The notes beneath the pieces are model-generated. The model was given only the letters and a program-made list of their open reading frames with translations, was not told the DNA's origin and did not search any database. 64,000 nt of DNA from Sphingomicrobium sp. (lineage in GTDB: Bacteria; Pseudomonadota; Alphaproteobacteria; Sphingomonadales; Sphingomonadaceae). A program made the translations under genes and the position numbers. The stretch's first letter is position 1. Every line of letters starts with the position of its first letter. The stretch spans positions 4,988 to 68,987 of the forward strand of contig JANWLR010000088.1 in the NCBI GenBank assembly GCA_025450755.1, given 5' to 3'. Shown piece by piece: positions 9,454 to 19,619 of the stretch.

Positions 9454-10875
9454 ATGATCTTCAATTCGCTGACCTTCCTGGTCTTCTTCGCGATGGTGAT
9501 GGCGATTCACTACGCGCCCTTCTTCTCGTGGCACCAGAAGAAGATCAATCTGATGATCGCCTCATATCTGTTCTACGCGGCGTGGAATCCGCCCTTTGTC
9601 ATCCTCTTGTGGATATCCACCGTGGTCGACTGGTGGGCGGCGCAATGGATGGTCCGGGCGAAACGCGAGCGCACACGCAAGTTGTGGATGCTGACCAGCG
9701 TGATCGTGAACCTGGGGATGCTCGGCTATTTCAAATACGGCGGCTTCCTGCTCAATAATTTCGTCACGATCGCCGGATCGCTTGGGATCATCTATCATCC
9801 ACCCGGCTGGGACATCGTCCTTCCGGTCGGGATCAGCTTCTACACGTTCGCGACGCTCTCCTACACGCTGGATGTGTACCTGCGGCGCTCGAAACCGGCG
9901 GGCCACTTCCTCGACTACGCCCTGTTCGTGACCTTCTTCCCCCACCTGGTGGCCGGCCCGATCATGCGCCCGACCGAGTTGGTTCCTCAGTTCGAAATGC
10001 CGCGGCGCGCCACGGCCAACCAGATCTTCTTCGGCCTTGCGCTGCTCACGCTCGGGCTGTTTCAAAAGGTGGTGCTGGCCGACGGCTTCCTCGCACCGGT
10101 TGTCGAGGCTGTTTACGACGCGCCGGGCAAGATGCCGGGCATGCTCGATTCCTGGGTCGCTACCCTGGCATTTGCGGGGCAGATCTTCTGCGATTTCGCC
10201 GGCTATTCGACCTCGGCGATCGGCGTTGCGCTGTGCCTCGGCTTCGCAATGCCCGACAACTTCCGTTTCCCATACGGCGCGGTCGGCTTCTCCGACTTCT
10301 GGCGGCGCTGGCACATCACGCTGTCGAGCTGGCTTCGCGACTATCTCTACATTCCGCTCGGCGGGAACCGTCATGGTCAGGCGCGGACCTACGCAGCGCT
10401 GATGGGCACGATGTTGCTTGGCGGCTTGTGGCACGGCGCGAACTGGACATTCGTCGTCTGGGGCGGGCTGCACGGGCTGTATCTCTCGATCGAGCGCTGG
10501 CTGAAGGCGCGGTTCAAAGGCTTCACGCCCGGGCGCGTCTCGATGCTCGGCCTCGCGCTACTGACGTTCCTTTTGGTCAACATCACGTGGGTCTTCTTCC
10601 GAGCCAGGACTTTCGCCGGTGCCGGCGTCGTGCTGAGGGGCATGGCCGGAATGCAGGCAAAGCCCGACCTGCTGATTCCATTTGGTCCGATGATCATCGC
10701 AATGGTGATCGTCTCGGCCATCTTCGGGACGCATCTCACCATGCGCAACACGACTTTGGAAGCGGTGGTCGAGCGAACTCCGTCGGTGGCTATTGCCGGG
10801 ATTTGGACGCTTTTGTTGTTCGCCGTCATCATCGAGCAGGGGCAGGGCAGTGCCTTCATCTATTTCGCATTCTGA
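9454..10875 (+). CDS. MBOAT O-acyltransferase (AlgI/PatA-like)
   Basis: LPVGISFYTF, FWRRWHITLSSWLRDYLYIPLGG, GLWHGA, C-terminal FIYFAF. Confidence 0.93.
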   Translation: MIFNSLTFLVFFAMVMAIHYAPFFSWHQKKINLMIASYLFYAAWNPPFVILLWISTVVDWWAAQWMVRAKRERTRKLWMLTSVIVNLGMLGYFKYGGFLLNNFVTIAGSLGIIYHPPGWDIVLPVGISFYTFATLSYTLDVYLRRSKPAGHFLDYALFVTFFPHLVAGPIMRPTELVPQFEMPRRATANQIFFGLALLTLGLFQKVVLADGFLAPVVEAVYDAPGKMPGMLDSWVATLAFAGQIFCDFAGYSTSAIGVALCLGFAMPDNFRFPYGAVGFSDFWRRWHITLSSWLRDYLYIPLGGNRHGQARTYAALMGTMLLGGLWHGANWTFVVWGGLHGLYLSIERWLKARFKGFTPGRVSMLGLALLTFLLVNITWVFFRARTFAGAGVVLRGMAGMQAKPDLLIPFGPMIIAMVIVSAIFGTHLTMRNTTLEAVVERTPSVAIAGIWTLLLFAVIIEQGQGSAFIYFAF

Positions 10876-12055
10876 CGCCCACAAAGCCGAGCTCCGCGGC
10901 GTGCGCGAAGGCGCACTCCCTGCCGGACTGAGGCAGACGGCCGCAAATCGGCCGGGACAGGCCCAGCCTGTACCGACCCGCGACATTCCCACCCAGCCAT
11001 GGGTCAAGATCGGAGCTGCGGTATTCGTTGCCGTCACTTTGCTGATGACTGCCTGGGAGTGGAACGCGCGGACGAACCTCGGCCTCCGCGCTGGCGATCT
11101 TGACGATAGTTCACAGGCATGGGCGGAGCAGCGGCGGCTCGCCGATGCCGCTCCGGTGGCGATCGTCGGCGATAGCCGCATCCTGTTCGACACCGACCTC
11201 GCGCGATTTCAGCAGATGACGGGTGTTCGCCCGATCCAAACCGCGATCGTCGGAAGCAATGCGCGCGCGCTCCTCGAAAGCTACGCCAACGATCCGAATT
11301 TCCACGGTCTCCTGATCGTGGGGCTGGCCGATCTCAGCTACTTTCGTCCGCAGGGGGTGGGGCTCGGCGGCCCCTATCTCAAGAATTTCGAGAAGAACGA
11401 CAAGCCTTCGCAGCTCACCGCGCTTTGGATCGACCGGTTCCTTCAGCGATACCTCGCCTTCATGGATTCGGATTACCGACTTAGCCGCTTACTGCCGCGC
11501 CTGGATCATGGGTGGCGAAAAGGGGTCGACAGCCCATACGAAGACGTCTGGAAACTCAGCGAGACCTTCGACCATCGTCAGACCTTCATGTGGCACCGAA
11601 TAGAAACTCCGGGATACCTGCAAAAGCATGCGCGCTATGCCTGGAATTTATTCAAGGGTCCGCCGCTGCCGGCATTCATCGCCAGAAATGTCGTCGCACG
11701 GAGCGCGGAGGCGGTTCGGCGCATTCGTGCCCGAGGTGGGGACGTGGTCTTCATCCGACCGCCGTCGGCGCCCGAGCTCCGCGCCGTTGAGGACGGCCGC
11801 CTACCGAGATCAAAAGGATGGGATCTGCTGATTGCAGGAACGCATGCGCAGGGGATCCACGCGGACGACTTGCCGCAGGCTCAGCGGTTAGTCGTCCCGG
11901 AATGGTCGCACCTCAGCCGCAAATGCGCGACCGTCTTCACCGACGCCTATGTGCGCAAGCTGATCCAGTTGACGCCGAGGCTTAAGCTGCGCGCAGACGC
12001 GCCGCCGCCGCTCAGTCGTGCCGACTGTGTGCCGCAGACGATCGCGTCACTGTAG
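10850..12055 (+). CDS. Membrane-anchored SGNH-like O-acyltransferase partner (AlgJ/DltD-like)
   Basis: GTG start overlapping the MBOAT end; one TM helix; VGDSR and EWSHL motifs. Confidence 0.65.
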   Translation: MPSSISHSDAHKAELRGVREGALPAGLRQTAANRPGQAQPVPTRDIPTQPWVKIGAAVFVAVTLLMTAWEWNARTNLGLRAGDLDDSSQAWAEQRRLADAAPVAIVGDSRILFDTDLARFQQMTGVRPIQTAIVGSNARALLESYANDPNFHGLLIVGLADLSYFRPQGVGLGGPYLKNFEKNDKPSQLTALWIDRFLQRYLAFMDSDYRLSRLLPRLDHGWRKGVDSPYEDVWKLSETFDHRQTFMWHRIETPGYLQKHARYAWNLFKGPPLPAFIARNVVARSAEAVRRIRARGGDVVFIRPPSAPELRAVEDGRLPRSKGWDLLIAGTHAQGIHADDLPQAQRLVVPEWSHLSRKCATVFTDAYVRKLIQLTPRLKLRADAPPPLSRADCVPQTIASL

Positions 12056-12505
12056 GGTCGCTGCGCCAAGCTTCGACGAAAGTGAATTCGCGTCCTTGGC
12101 TGTCCGGCACGCCACGAAGATCGTGTCGTCGCCGCAAATCGTCCCCACGATCTCCGGCAGCTCTGATTGATCGAGGACCACACCGACGAGATGCGCCGAA
12201 CCTGGCGGAGTCCTGATCACGACCAGGTTGCCTGCAGTTTCGACCGATCGGACCCAGTCCCGGAAGACGGCGGCGAGGCGCGGACTTGGCGCATCGCGGA
12301 CTTGATCGGGAAGTGCATAGCTGAGCTGTCCGTCGCGGCGAACCTTCAGGGCACCGATCTGCTCGAGATCGCGCGAGATCGTCGCCTGGGTCACGGCATA
12401 ACCGAGGGAACCCAAGCGGTCGGCCAGCTCTTCCTGGCTCGACAGCGCGTTTGAGCGGATCAGGTCCGCAATCGCCCTTTGGCGCCGCTCCTTGAGGTCA
12501 GTCAT
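12047..12505 (-). CDS. argR: Arginine repressor
   Basis: wHTH SQEEL...TQATISRDL; C-terminal RTPPGSA and GTICGDDTIF; candidate promoter TTGCAT-N17-CATATT ends 7 nt before the ATG (possibly leaderless). Confidence 0.93.
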   Translation of the reverse strand: MTDLKERRQRAIADLIRSNALSSQEELADRLGSLGYAVTQATISRDLEQIGALKVRRDGQLSYALPDQVRDAPSPRLAAVFRDWVRSVETAGNLVVIRTPPGSAHLVGVVLDQSELPEIVGTICGDDTIFVACRTAKDANSLSSKLGAATLQ

Positions 12506-12552
12506 CCGCATGAATATGCATGTACTTGCATAAATATGCAATCGAGTGAATA
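12505..12552. promoter_or_regulatory. Tandem ARG boxes in the argR/argC divergent promoter
   Basis: Cores CGCATGAATATGCA (12507), TGCATAAATATGCA (12527) and half site TGAATA (12547), at 20-bp period. Confidence 0.8.
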
Positions 12553-12563
12553 GGAGCGGCCCC

Positions 12564-13568
12564 ATGATTCGAACGGCCATCCTTGGAGCTTCGGGCTATG
12601 TCGGCGGCGAGCTGTTGCGCCTCGTCGCAGCGCATCCGCAGTTCGAAGCGGCGAAGCTGTTCGGGGAGAGCAAGGCCGGGAAGTCACTTGGCGCCGTTCA
12701 TCCGCACCTCGCCGGCGCTTATTCGGAGGCCGCGGTCGAAAAGTTCGACGGCGCGCTCGAGGGGATCGACCTCGTTTTCGCGGCGCTTCCGCACGGGCAC
12801 AGCCAGCGCGTGGCAGCGACGATCCTCGAAAAGGGCATCCCGTTCGTTGACCTCGGCGCGGATTTCCGGCTCGACGATGCCGCGAACTACGAGCGCTGGT
12901 ACGGTCATCCGCACGAGTCGCCTGAGCTTCTCGGCGAGTTCGTCTATGGCATCCCAGAGCTCAACCGCGAGGCGATCAGGAACGCGAAGGCGGTTGCCGC
13001 CGCTGGCTGCTACGCGACGGCGGCGATCCTGGCGCTGAAACCGCTGGTCGACGCGGGACTAGTCAAGCCCGACAGCCTGATCATTGACGCCGCGTCGGGA
13101 GTCAGCGGCGCTGGTCGCGAAGCCAAGGAAGCGACCGGATTCAGCACCGTCGACGGAAGCTTTTCCGCATATGGACTGCTTTCGCACCGCCACACCGCCG
13201 AGATGGAAATGGCGCTCGGCGCGACCGTGTTGTTCACGCCGCATCTGGTGCCGATGACGCGCGGGATTCTGACGACCTGCTACGGCGAGGCTACTGGCCC
13301 ATGCGATCCACTCGAGACGCTTCGGAAAGCCTATGCCGCCGAGCCATTCGTCCATGTCACCGACCAACCGCCCGCGACGAAGTGGGTTAGCGGGTCGAAC
13401 GGAGTTCAACTCACTGCGCGCTACGATGAGCGCACCGGCCGCGTCCTGGCGCTTTCGGCCATCGATAATCTCGGCAAGGGGGCCGCTGGTCAAATGATTC
13501 AATGCGCGAACTTGATTCTCGGGCTCGCTGAGACGGCCGGCCTGACCACAATCGGAGTTTACCCATGA
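12564..13568 (+). CDS. argC: N-acetyl-gamma-glutamyl-phosphate reductase
   Basis: GASGYVG, ALPHG, GCY, SGVSGAG, IDNLGKGAAGQ; AGGAG RBS. Confidence 0.95.
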   Translation: MIRTAILGASGYVGGELLRLVAAHPQFEAAKLFGESKAGKSLGAVHPHLAGAYSEAAVEKFDGALEGIDLVFAALPHGHSQRVAATILEKGIPFVDLGADFRLDDAANYERWYGHPHESPELLGEFVYGIPELNREAIRNAKAVAAAGCYATAAILALKPLVDAGLVKPDSLIIDAASGVSGAGREAKEATGFSTVDGSFSAYGLLSHRHTAEMEMALGATVLFTPHLVPMTRGILTTCYGEATGPCDPLETLRKAYAAEPFVHVTDQPPATKWVSGSNGVQLTARYDERTGRVLALSAIDNLGKGAAGQMIQCANLILGLAETAGLTTIGVYP

Positions 13569-14725
13569 GCGTGACAGCTGCGAAGGGCTTTGTCGCGGCC
13601 GGTTGCCATGCCGGAATCAAGCGGCGCAAGTTCGATATGGCGATGATCGCCACGGAAGACCTGCAGCCGGTGTCGTGCGCGGCCGTTTTCACGCAGAACA
13701 AGTTCGCTGCGCCGCCGGTCGAGCTTGACCGGGCGACTCTCAATGCAAACGGCGGCAAGGCCGCCGCCGTCATCATCAATTCAGGCAATGCGAATGCCGG
13801 TACGGGAACGCCTGGCTACAAGAATGCGCAGTTGATGGCCGCCGCCACCGGCGAAGTGCTGCAGATCGCAAATTCGCACGTCCTGGTCTGTTCGACCGGC
13901 ATCATCGGAACGCCGCTGCCGATGGAGCCTATCCTGTCCCACGTGCCGAAGCTCGCCAAGAAGCTTTCGGTGGAAGGCGCGCACGACGCCGCCCGCGGGA
14001 TCCTCACCACCGATCATCTGTCAAAGGAAGTGGTGATCAAGGGGTCCACCTTCACCATCGGCGGAATGGCCAAGGGTTGCGGCATGATCGCTCCGAACAT
14101 GGCGACGATGCTCGCGTTCCTGACAACCGACGCGGACATACCATTGCTGGTGATGCAGAAGGCGTTGAAGGCGGCGGCGGACGCGACGTTCAACACGCTC
14201 AACGTCGATGGCGCAATGTCCACCAACGATACGGCGATGCTCCTGGCGTCAGGCAAGCGGGGGAAGGCCGATCATGGCGAGTTCGCGAATGCGACCCTCG
14301 CCGCCTGCCGCGACCTGACGATGCAGATGGCGCGTGACGCTGAAGGAATGACTCGCATGGCGCATCTCACCGTCACGGGAGCCCACAGCAATGAGGAAGC
14401 GCGAATTGCCGCGAAGAACATCGTCGAGAACAATCTGGTGAAGTGCAGCTGGTACGGCGGCGACCCATATTGGGGACGGCTGATGGCCGCAGCGGGATCG
14501 GCGGGAGTCGATCTGAATGTTGCGCGATCGCACGTCGCCTATGGGGGCGTCGTGGTGGCCAAAGCTGGCGTCGGGGTCGAGCACGACGGCGATGCGCTCG
14601 TCGAACATATGCTGGGAGATGAAGTGCAGATCGAAGTGCATCTCGGTACCGGCCACGGCACCGCAAAGATGATCGGGATCGACCTTGGTCCCGGCTACAT
14701 CAAAGAGAATAGCAAGACGTCATGA
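13565..14725 (+). CDS. argJ: Ornithine acetyltransferase
   Basis: NSGNANA, STGIIG, KGCGMIAPNMATML (autocleavage site), STND, DAEG. Confidence 0.95.
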   Translation: MSVTAAKGFVAAGCHAGIKRRKFDMAMIATEDLQPVSCAAVFTQNKFAAPPVELDRATLNANGGKAAAVIINSGNANAGTGTPGYKNAQLMAAATGEVLQIANSHVLVCSTGIIGTPLPMEPILSHVPKLAKKLSVEGAHDAARGILTTDHLSKEVVIKGSTFTIGGMAKGCGMIAPNMATMLAFLTTDADIPLLVMQKALKAAADATFNTLNVDGAMSTNDTAMLLASGKRGKADHGEFANATLAACRDLTMQMARDAEGMTRMAHLTVTGAHSNEEARIAAKNIVENNLVKCSWYGGDPYWGRLMAAAGSAGVDLNVARSHVAYGGVVVAKAGVGVEHDGDALVEHMLGDEVQIEVHLGTGHGTAKMIGIDLGPGYIKENSKTS

Positions 14726-15600
14726 AGATCGTCCTTATGCCATCCGAGATCGCGACCGTCCTGGTCGAGGCACTGCCGTATATTCGGCAGTTCGCGGGCA
14801 AGTCGGTCGTCGTGAAACTCGGAGGCGCGGCGATCGACCGCGAATCCGACCTTGCGCTTGCGCAGGACGTGCTTCTGCTGCGCAGTGTCGGCGTGCGTTG
14901 CGTGCTCGTGCACGGCGGCGGACCGCAGGTCGATCTAATGTTGCGCCGGGTGGGCAAGGAGCCGGAATTCAAGGACGGCCTTCGAGTAACGGACGCCGAG
15001 ACTCTCGAGATCGTCCGAATGGTGCTCGTTGGAAAGATAAACCGTGATCTTGTCGCCACCATCAATAGCCAGGCCGGGGAGGAGCCCGTCGCAGTCGGTG
15101 TGTCGGGTGAGGACGCAGGTCTCCTGACCGTCACCCCCGCGGATTCGGCGTTGGGATTCGTTGGCAACGTCACCGATGTCCGCGCCGAGTTGATCCACCG
15201 GCTACTCGACGACGGCCTGACACCCGTCATCTCTACTGTCGGCGCGGACGCAAACGGCCAGCCGTACAACGTCAATGCCGATGAAGCGGCGCGGGCCATT
15301 GCTGTGGCGATGAATGCCGAAAAGATCGTCTACCTGACCGCCGTTCCGGGTCTGCTCGAGGATCCCAAGGACGAGACAACGCTCATTGCGCGGCTGACCT
15401 CGGCAGAACTTCGCGATCGCCTGAAGCATGAAAGCGTAGGCAAGGGCATGATCCCCAAGCTCAAGGCCTGCGCCGATGCCGTCGATCAGGGCGTTAATTT
15501 CGCCCACATCATCGACGGGCGCGTTCCGCATTCGCTGCTGATCGAACTGCTGACCGTGCATGGCGTGGGAACGATGGTCCGGCGGGAGAAGAGCTGGTGA
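14722..15600 (+). CDS. argB: Acetylglutamate kinase
   Basis: VKLGGAA, VHGGG, GLRVTD, NVNAD, GMIPK, HIIDGR. Confidence 0.95.
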   Translation: MKIVLMPSEIATVLVEALPYIRQFAGKSVVVKLGGAAIDRESDLALAQDVLLLRSVGVRCVLVHGGGPQVDLMLRRVGKEPEFKDGLRVTDAETLEIVRMVLVGKINRDLVATINSQAGEEPVAVGVSGEDAGLLTVTPADSALGFVGNVTDVRAELIHRLLDDGLTPVISTVGADANGQPYNVNADEAARAIAVAMNAEKIVYLTAVPGLLEDPKDETTLIARLTSAELRDRLKHESVGKGMIPKLKACADAVDQGVNFAHIIDGRVPHSLLIELLTVHGVGTMVRREKSW

Positions 15601-16451
15601 GGCACCTGTTGTCGATTCGCGATCTGACCACAGCCGACGTCGAGCGAATTCTCGCGCTATCGGAGGAGCCAGCGCCGCGCGTGCTCCAGGACAAGGGCGT
15701 CGCCCTCTATTTCGAGAAGCCGAGCTCGCGCACGCGCAACTCGATGGAGATGGCGACAGCACAGCTCGGCGGGCATCCGGTTTACATCCAGCCCGCGGAG
15801 CTCGGTATCGGCACGCGCGAGAGCGTCGCCGACGTGACCCATACGCTCGCCTGCTATCACGCGATCATTGCGGGCCGCGTATTCGACCATGGCTTGCTCG
15901 AGGAAATGACGCGGGTGAACGCAGCGCCGATCCTCAACATGCTCTCGGCCACCGATCATCCGCTGCAGGCGCTCGCCGATTTGCTGACGGTGAAGCAGGT
16001 GATCGGCCGGCTGGAAGGCGTGCGCATCGCTTTCATCGGGGAAGGCAACAACGTATCGCGGTCTCTCGCCGAAGCCTGTGCGCTGGTCGGCGCGGAGTTC
16101 GCGATCGCCAGCCCCGAAGGATTTGGCCTCGGCAATGCGCCCGACGGGCGCCAGTTCTCCGATCCTGCGGAAGCCGTCGAAGGCACGGACATCATCTATA
16201 CGGATGTCTGGGTGTCCATGGGTGATGAAGACAGTGAAGAGCGGCGCGCCCTGTTCGAGCCGTACAAAGTGAACGAAGCACTCATGGCGCTCTCTCCAAA
16301 CGCGCGGTTCCTGCATTGCCTGCCGGCGCATCGCGGCGAGGAAGTGACCGCGCCGGTCATTGACGGCCCCCTCTCGGCAGTCTGGCGGCAGGCCGAAAAC
16401 AGGATGCACACGGCGCGCGGCGCCATGCTCTGGATGTTGGAACAGGACTAA
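15597..16451 (+). CDS. argF: Ornithine carbamoyltransferase
   Basis: [38 protein letters not shown]. Confidence 0.93.
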   Translation: MRHLLSIRDLTTADVERILALSEEPAPRVLQDKGVALYFEKPSSRTRNSMEMATAQLGGHPVYIQPAELGIGTRESVADVTHTLACYHAIIAGRVFDHGLLEEMTRVNAAPILNMLSATDHPLQALADLLTVKQVIGRLEGVRIAFIGEGNNVSRSLAEACALVGAEFAIASPEGFGLGNAPDGRQFSDPAEAVEGTDIIYTDVWVSMGDEDSEERRALFEPYKVNEALMALSPNARFLHCLPAHRGEEVTAPVIDGPLSAVWRQAENRMHTARGAMLWMLEQD

Positions 16452-17680
16452 TGACGAACAAGAAAATGAAGGTCGTGCTCGCTTATTCGGGCGGGCTCGA
16501 CACCTCGATCATCCTCAAATGGCTTCAGACCGAATATGACGCGGAGGTCGTGACTTTCACGGCGGACCTCGGCCAAGGCGAGGAAGTCGAGCCGGCGCGG
16601 CGCAAGGCCGAGATGCTCGGCGTGAAGCCGGAGAACATCTTCATCGACGACCTGCGCGAGGAATTCGTCCGCGACTTCGTCTTCCCGATGTTCCGCGCGA
16701 ACACGCAGTACGAGGGCGATTATCTGCTCGGGACATCGATCGCGAGGCCGCTGATCGCCAAGCGGCAGATCGAGATCGCGCGCAAGGTGGGCGCCGATGC
16801 CGTCTGTCATGGCGCGACCGGCAAGGGCAACGACCAGGTGCGGTTCGAGCTCGGCTATTATGCGCTCGAGCCCGACATCAAGGTGATCGCCCCATGGCGG
16901 GAATGGGAGTTCCAGAGCCGCGAGGCGTTGCTCGATTTCGCCGAGAAGCACCAGATCCCGATCGCGAGGGATAAGCGGGGCGAAGCGCCTTTCTCCATCG
17001 ACGCCAACCTGCTTCACTCGTCGTCGGAAGGAAAAGTGCTCGAGGACCCGGCCGCAGAAGCGCCCGAATATGTCCATCAGCGCACCATCTCGCCTGAGGA
17101 CGCACCTGACAATGCGACCATAATCACCATCGATTTCGAGAAGGGCGATGCGGTCGCGATCGACGGCAAGAATCTCTCGCCCGCCGCCGTGCTGACCAAA
17201 CTGAACCAGCTCGGGCACGACAACGGCATCGGCCGACTCGACCTGGTCGAGAACCGCTTTGTCGGAATGAAGTCGCGCGGAGTTTACGAGACGCCCGGCG
17301 GCACGATCCTGATTGCGGCGCACCGCGGCATCGAGAGCATCACACTCGACGGCGGCGCGATGCACCTCAAGGACGAGCTGATGCCGAAGTACGCGAGCCT
17401 CATTTACAACGGCTTCTGGTTCGCGCCGGAGCGCGAGATGCTTCAGGCGGCAATCAACAAGAGCCAGGAGCATGTGTCGGGGCGAGTCACGATGAAGCTC
17501 TACAAGGGCAATGCGACGGTGATCGGACGGGAGAGCGCGAAGTCGCTCTACGACCAGGATCTGGTGACGTTCGAGGAAGGCAGCGGCAGCTACGACCACC
17601 GCGACGCGGCGGGCTTCATCCGGCTGAACGCGCTACGGCTGCGGACGATCGCGCAGCGAGCGCGGAAGTTAAAGACCTAG
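16451..17680 (+). CDS. argG: Argininosuccinate synthase
   Basis: [35 protein letters not shown]. Confidence 0.97.
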   Translation: MTNKKMKVVLAYSGGLDTSIILKWLQTEYDAEVVTFTADLGQGEEVEPARRKAEMLGVKPENIFIDDLREEFVRDFVFPMFRANTQYEGDYLLGTSIARPLIAKRQIEIARKVGADAVCHGATGKGNDQVRFELGYYALEPDIKVIAPWREWEFQSREALLDFAEKHQIPIARDKRGEAPFSIDANLLHSSSEGKVLEDPAAEAPEYVHQRTISPEDAPDNATIITIDFEKGDAVAIDGKNLSPAAVLTKLNQLGHDNGIGRLDLVENRFVGMKSRGVYETPGGTILIAAHRGIESITLDGGAMHLKDELMPKYASLIYNGFWFAPEREMLQAAINKSQEHVSGRVTMKLYKGNATVIGRESAKSLYDQDLVTFEEGSGSYDHRDAAGFIRLNALRLRTIAQRARKLKT

Positions 17681-19078
17681 CGATTCTTTCGCGGCCGCAA
17701 TCTGCTCTCGAACGCGCTCCGGCGCGGTGCCACCGTAGCTCCTACGGCTGCGCACCGAAGCGTCCACGCTTAGCACGTCAAACGCGCGCTGGTCGATGCG
17801 TTCATCGATTGACTTCAAGACGTCGATAGGAAGATCGGCGAGATCGCATCCGCGCTCCTCGGCGGCCTTCACGGCGCGCCCGGTGATGTGGTGTGCCTCG
17901 CGGAAGGGTACGTTGGCCTCGCCCACCAGCCAGTCGGCAAGATCGGTCGCGGTCGAATATCCCTGCGCTGCCGCTGCCCGCATCCGCTCGGGCACGAACT
18001 CGACGGTCTCGACCATGCCCGCGAGCGCCTGAAGCGAAAGGGTTAGCAGGTCGCGGGCCTCGAACACCGGCTCCTTGTCGTCCTGCATGTCCTTCGAATA
18101 AGCGAGCGGCAGGCCCTTCATCGTCACCATGAGCGCGGTCAGAGCTCCAATGATTCGCCCGCAATGGCCGCGAACCAGCTCGGCGGCGTCGGGGTTGCGC
18201 TTCTGCGGCATGATCGACGAGCCGGTGGAGAATTCGTCCGACAGCTTCACGAAACCGAAAGAGCTCGTGGCCCAGAGGATCAATTCTTCCGCGAGCCGCG
18301 ACAGGTGCAGTGAGCACTGCGCTGCAGCGGACAGGTAATCGAGCGCGAAATCCCGGTCGGAGACGCTATCCAGACTGTTCGCGGTGACGCGATCGAAACC
18401 GAGCGCGTCTGCGGTCCGCTCCCGGTCGATCGGGAAGCCAGTTCCCGCCAGCGCGGCCGATCCCAAGGGGCTCTCGTTCATCCGCGCCCGCGAATCGCTG
18501 AAGCGGGACACGTCGCGCCGCAGCATTTCATAATAAGCCATCAAATGGTGACCGAGCGTGACCGGTTGCGCGACCTGCAGGTGAGTGAAGCCGGCCATGA
18601 CGGTTTCGGCATGTTCGTCGGCGCGCACCACAAGCGCGCGCTGGAGGTTGTGGATCGCGCAAACGGCCTCGTCGCAAGCGTTGCGCACCCAAAGGCGAAA
18701 ATCGGTAGCGACCTGGTCATTGCGCGAACGCGCCGTGTGCAGCCTGCCTGCCGCTGGGCCGATCAGCTCGGCAAGGCGGCTCTCCACGGTCATGTGGATG
18801 TCCTCGAGCTCGAGCCGCTCCGGTACGCCGTCGCGCTCATATTCGGCGGCGATCTGGTCGAGGCCTTCGAGAATAGCCGCTGCGTCGGCCTCCGAAATTA
18901 TGCCCTGCTCGCGGAGCATCGCTGCATGCGCTTTCGACGCCGCAATATCCTCGCGCCACAGGCGCTTGTCGAAGCAGATCGAGGCATTGATGCGCGTCAT
19001 CAATTCGTCCGGCTTCGTCTCGAACCGGCCACCCCAAGTGCGCTGCGAATCGCGCTGTGTTGGCTTTTTGTCGCCCAT
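17669..19078 (-). CDS. argH: Argininosuccinate lyase
   Basis: [26 protein letters not shown]; converges on argG with a 12-bp overlap. Confidence 0.96.
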   Translation of the reverse strand: MGDKKPTQRDSQRTWGGRFETKPDELMTRINASICFDKRLWREDIAASKAHAAMLREQGIISEADAAAILEGLDQIAAEYERDGVPERLELEDIHMTVESRLAELIGPAAGRLHTARSRNDQVATDFRLWVRNACDEAVCAIHNLQRALVVRADEHAETVMAGFTHLQVAQPVTLGHHLMAYYEMLRRDVSRFSDSRARMNESPLGSAALAGTGFPIDRERTADALGFDRVTANSLDSVSDRDFALDYLSAAAQCSLHLSRLAEELILWATSSFGFVKLSDEFSTGSSIMPQKRNPDAAELVRGHCGRIIGALTALMVTMKGLPLAYSKDMQDDKEPVFEARDLLTLSLQALAGMVETVEFVPERMRAAAAQGYSTATDLADWLVGEANVPFREAHHITGRAVKAAEERGCDLADLPIDVLKSIDERIDQRAFDVLSVDASVRSRRSYGGTAPERVREQIAAAKESLGL

Positions 19079-19117
19079 GACCGGCGCGTTGCCATGGCAG
19101 GGGGAGGGGGTCAAACG

Positions 19118-19140
19118 ATGGCGCACCCGACAGGATTCGA
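19118..19140 (-). repeat. Duplicated 3' end of tRNA-Arg (att core)
   Basis: ATGGCGCACCCGACAGGATTCGA is identical at 19118-19140 and 21445-21467. Confidence 0.92.
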
Positions 19141-19524
19141 CGTGTGGTGAGGCCCAGCCAAGCTCCCACGGAGCGCGATGTTTTGAAGTGGGCTGGGTGT
19201 TCAATAGCGGCAATGAACGAAGTCGCAGTAATGGCACCGATCCCTGGGATCGACATCAGCAGTTGGCATTGTTGGCTGTGTCGAGCGCTTGCGAAAAGCT
19301 GCCGACCGAGCTCAGCGGCACGGATGAGCTGCGGGAATTGCGCCTCCAGCAGTGGCAGAATGATGCGTGCGAGCGCTTCCTGGTCGACAAGCAATCGATG
19401 GATATGTTCAATGAAGCGCCCGCCGCTTGCTGCCGGAACGACCAGACCGAACGTCTTCATGAGACCGCGGATCTGGTTGGAAAGTTCCGTCGAGATCCTG
19501 ACCAACCTCGTTCGCACTGCGATC
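19141..19524 (-). pseudogene. IS110-family transposase internal fragment
   Basis: LSNQIRGLMKTFG...[13 protein letters not shown]...[14 protein letters not shown]; N-terminal DEDD domain absent; breaks off exactly at the att copy. Confidence 0.85.
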
Positions 19525-19599
19525 CGCCGTCGTCTCTTCGCCATCGCATCACCTCACCTCGCATTAGGTAAAGTGTTGCGTCGACCTCCTGAGACCACC

Positions 19600-19617
19600 G
19601 TCGAAAGCCGACATTAG
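19600..19617 (+). repeat. Right half of a degenerate palindromic intergenic repeat
   Basis: GTCGAAAGCCGACATTAG, 2 bp from the CAP gene stop; resembles the right half of 21317-21347. Confidence 0.5.
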
Positions 19618-19619
19618 GG

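Noticed and set aside
16448-17599. 383-aa antisense ORF over argG; similar long antisense ORFs over glnA, petB, phaZ and others
   Set aside because: Shadow ORFs expected from high GC3 codon bias; no motifs
19079-19237. N-terminal extension of ArgH in the ORF track
   Set aside because: Runs through the att repeat and IS fragment; real start is most likely 19078
18837-19544. 235-aa ORF read as an intact transposase
   Set aside because: Only about 19141-19524 resembles IS110; the rest reads through the att copy into argH
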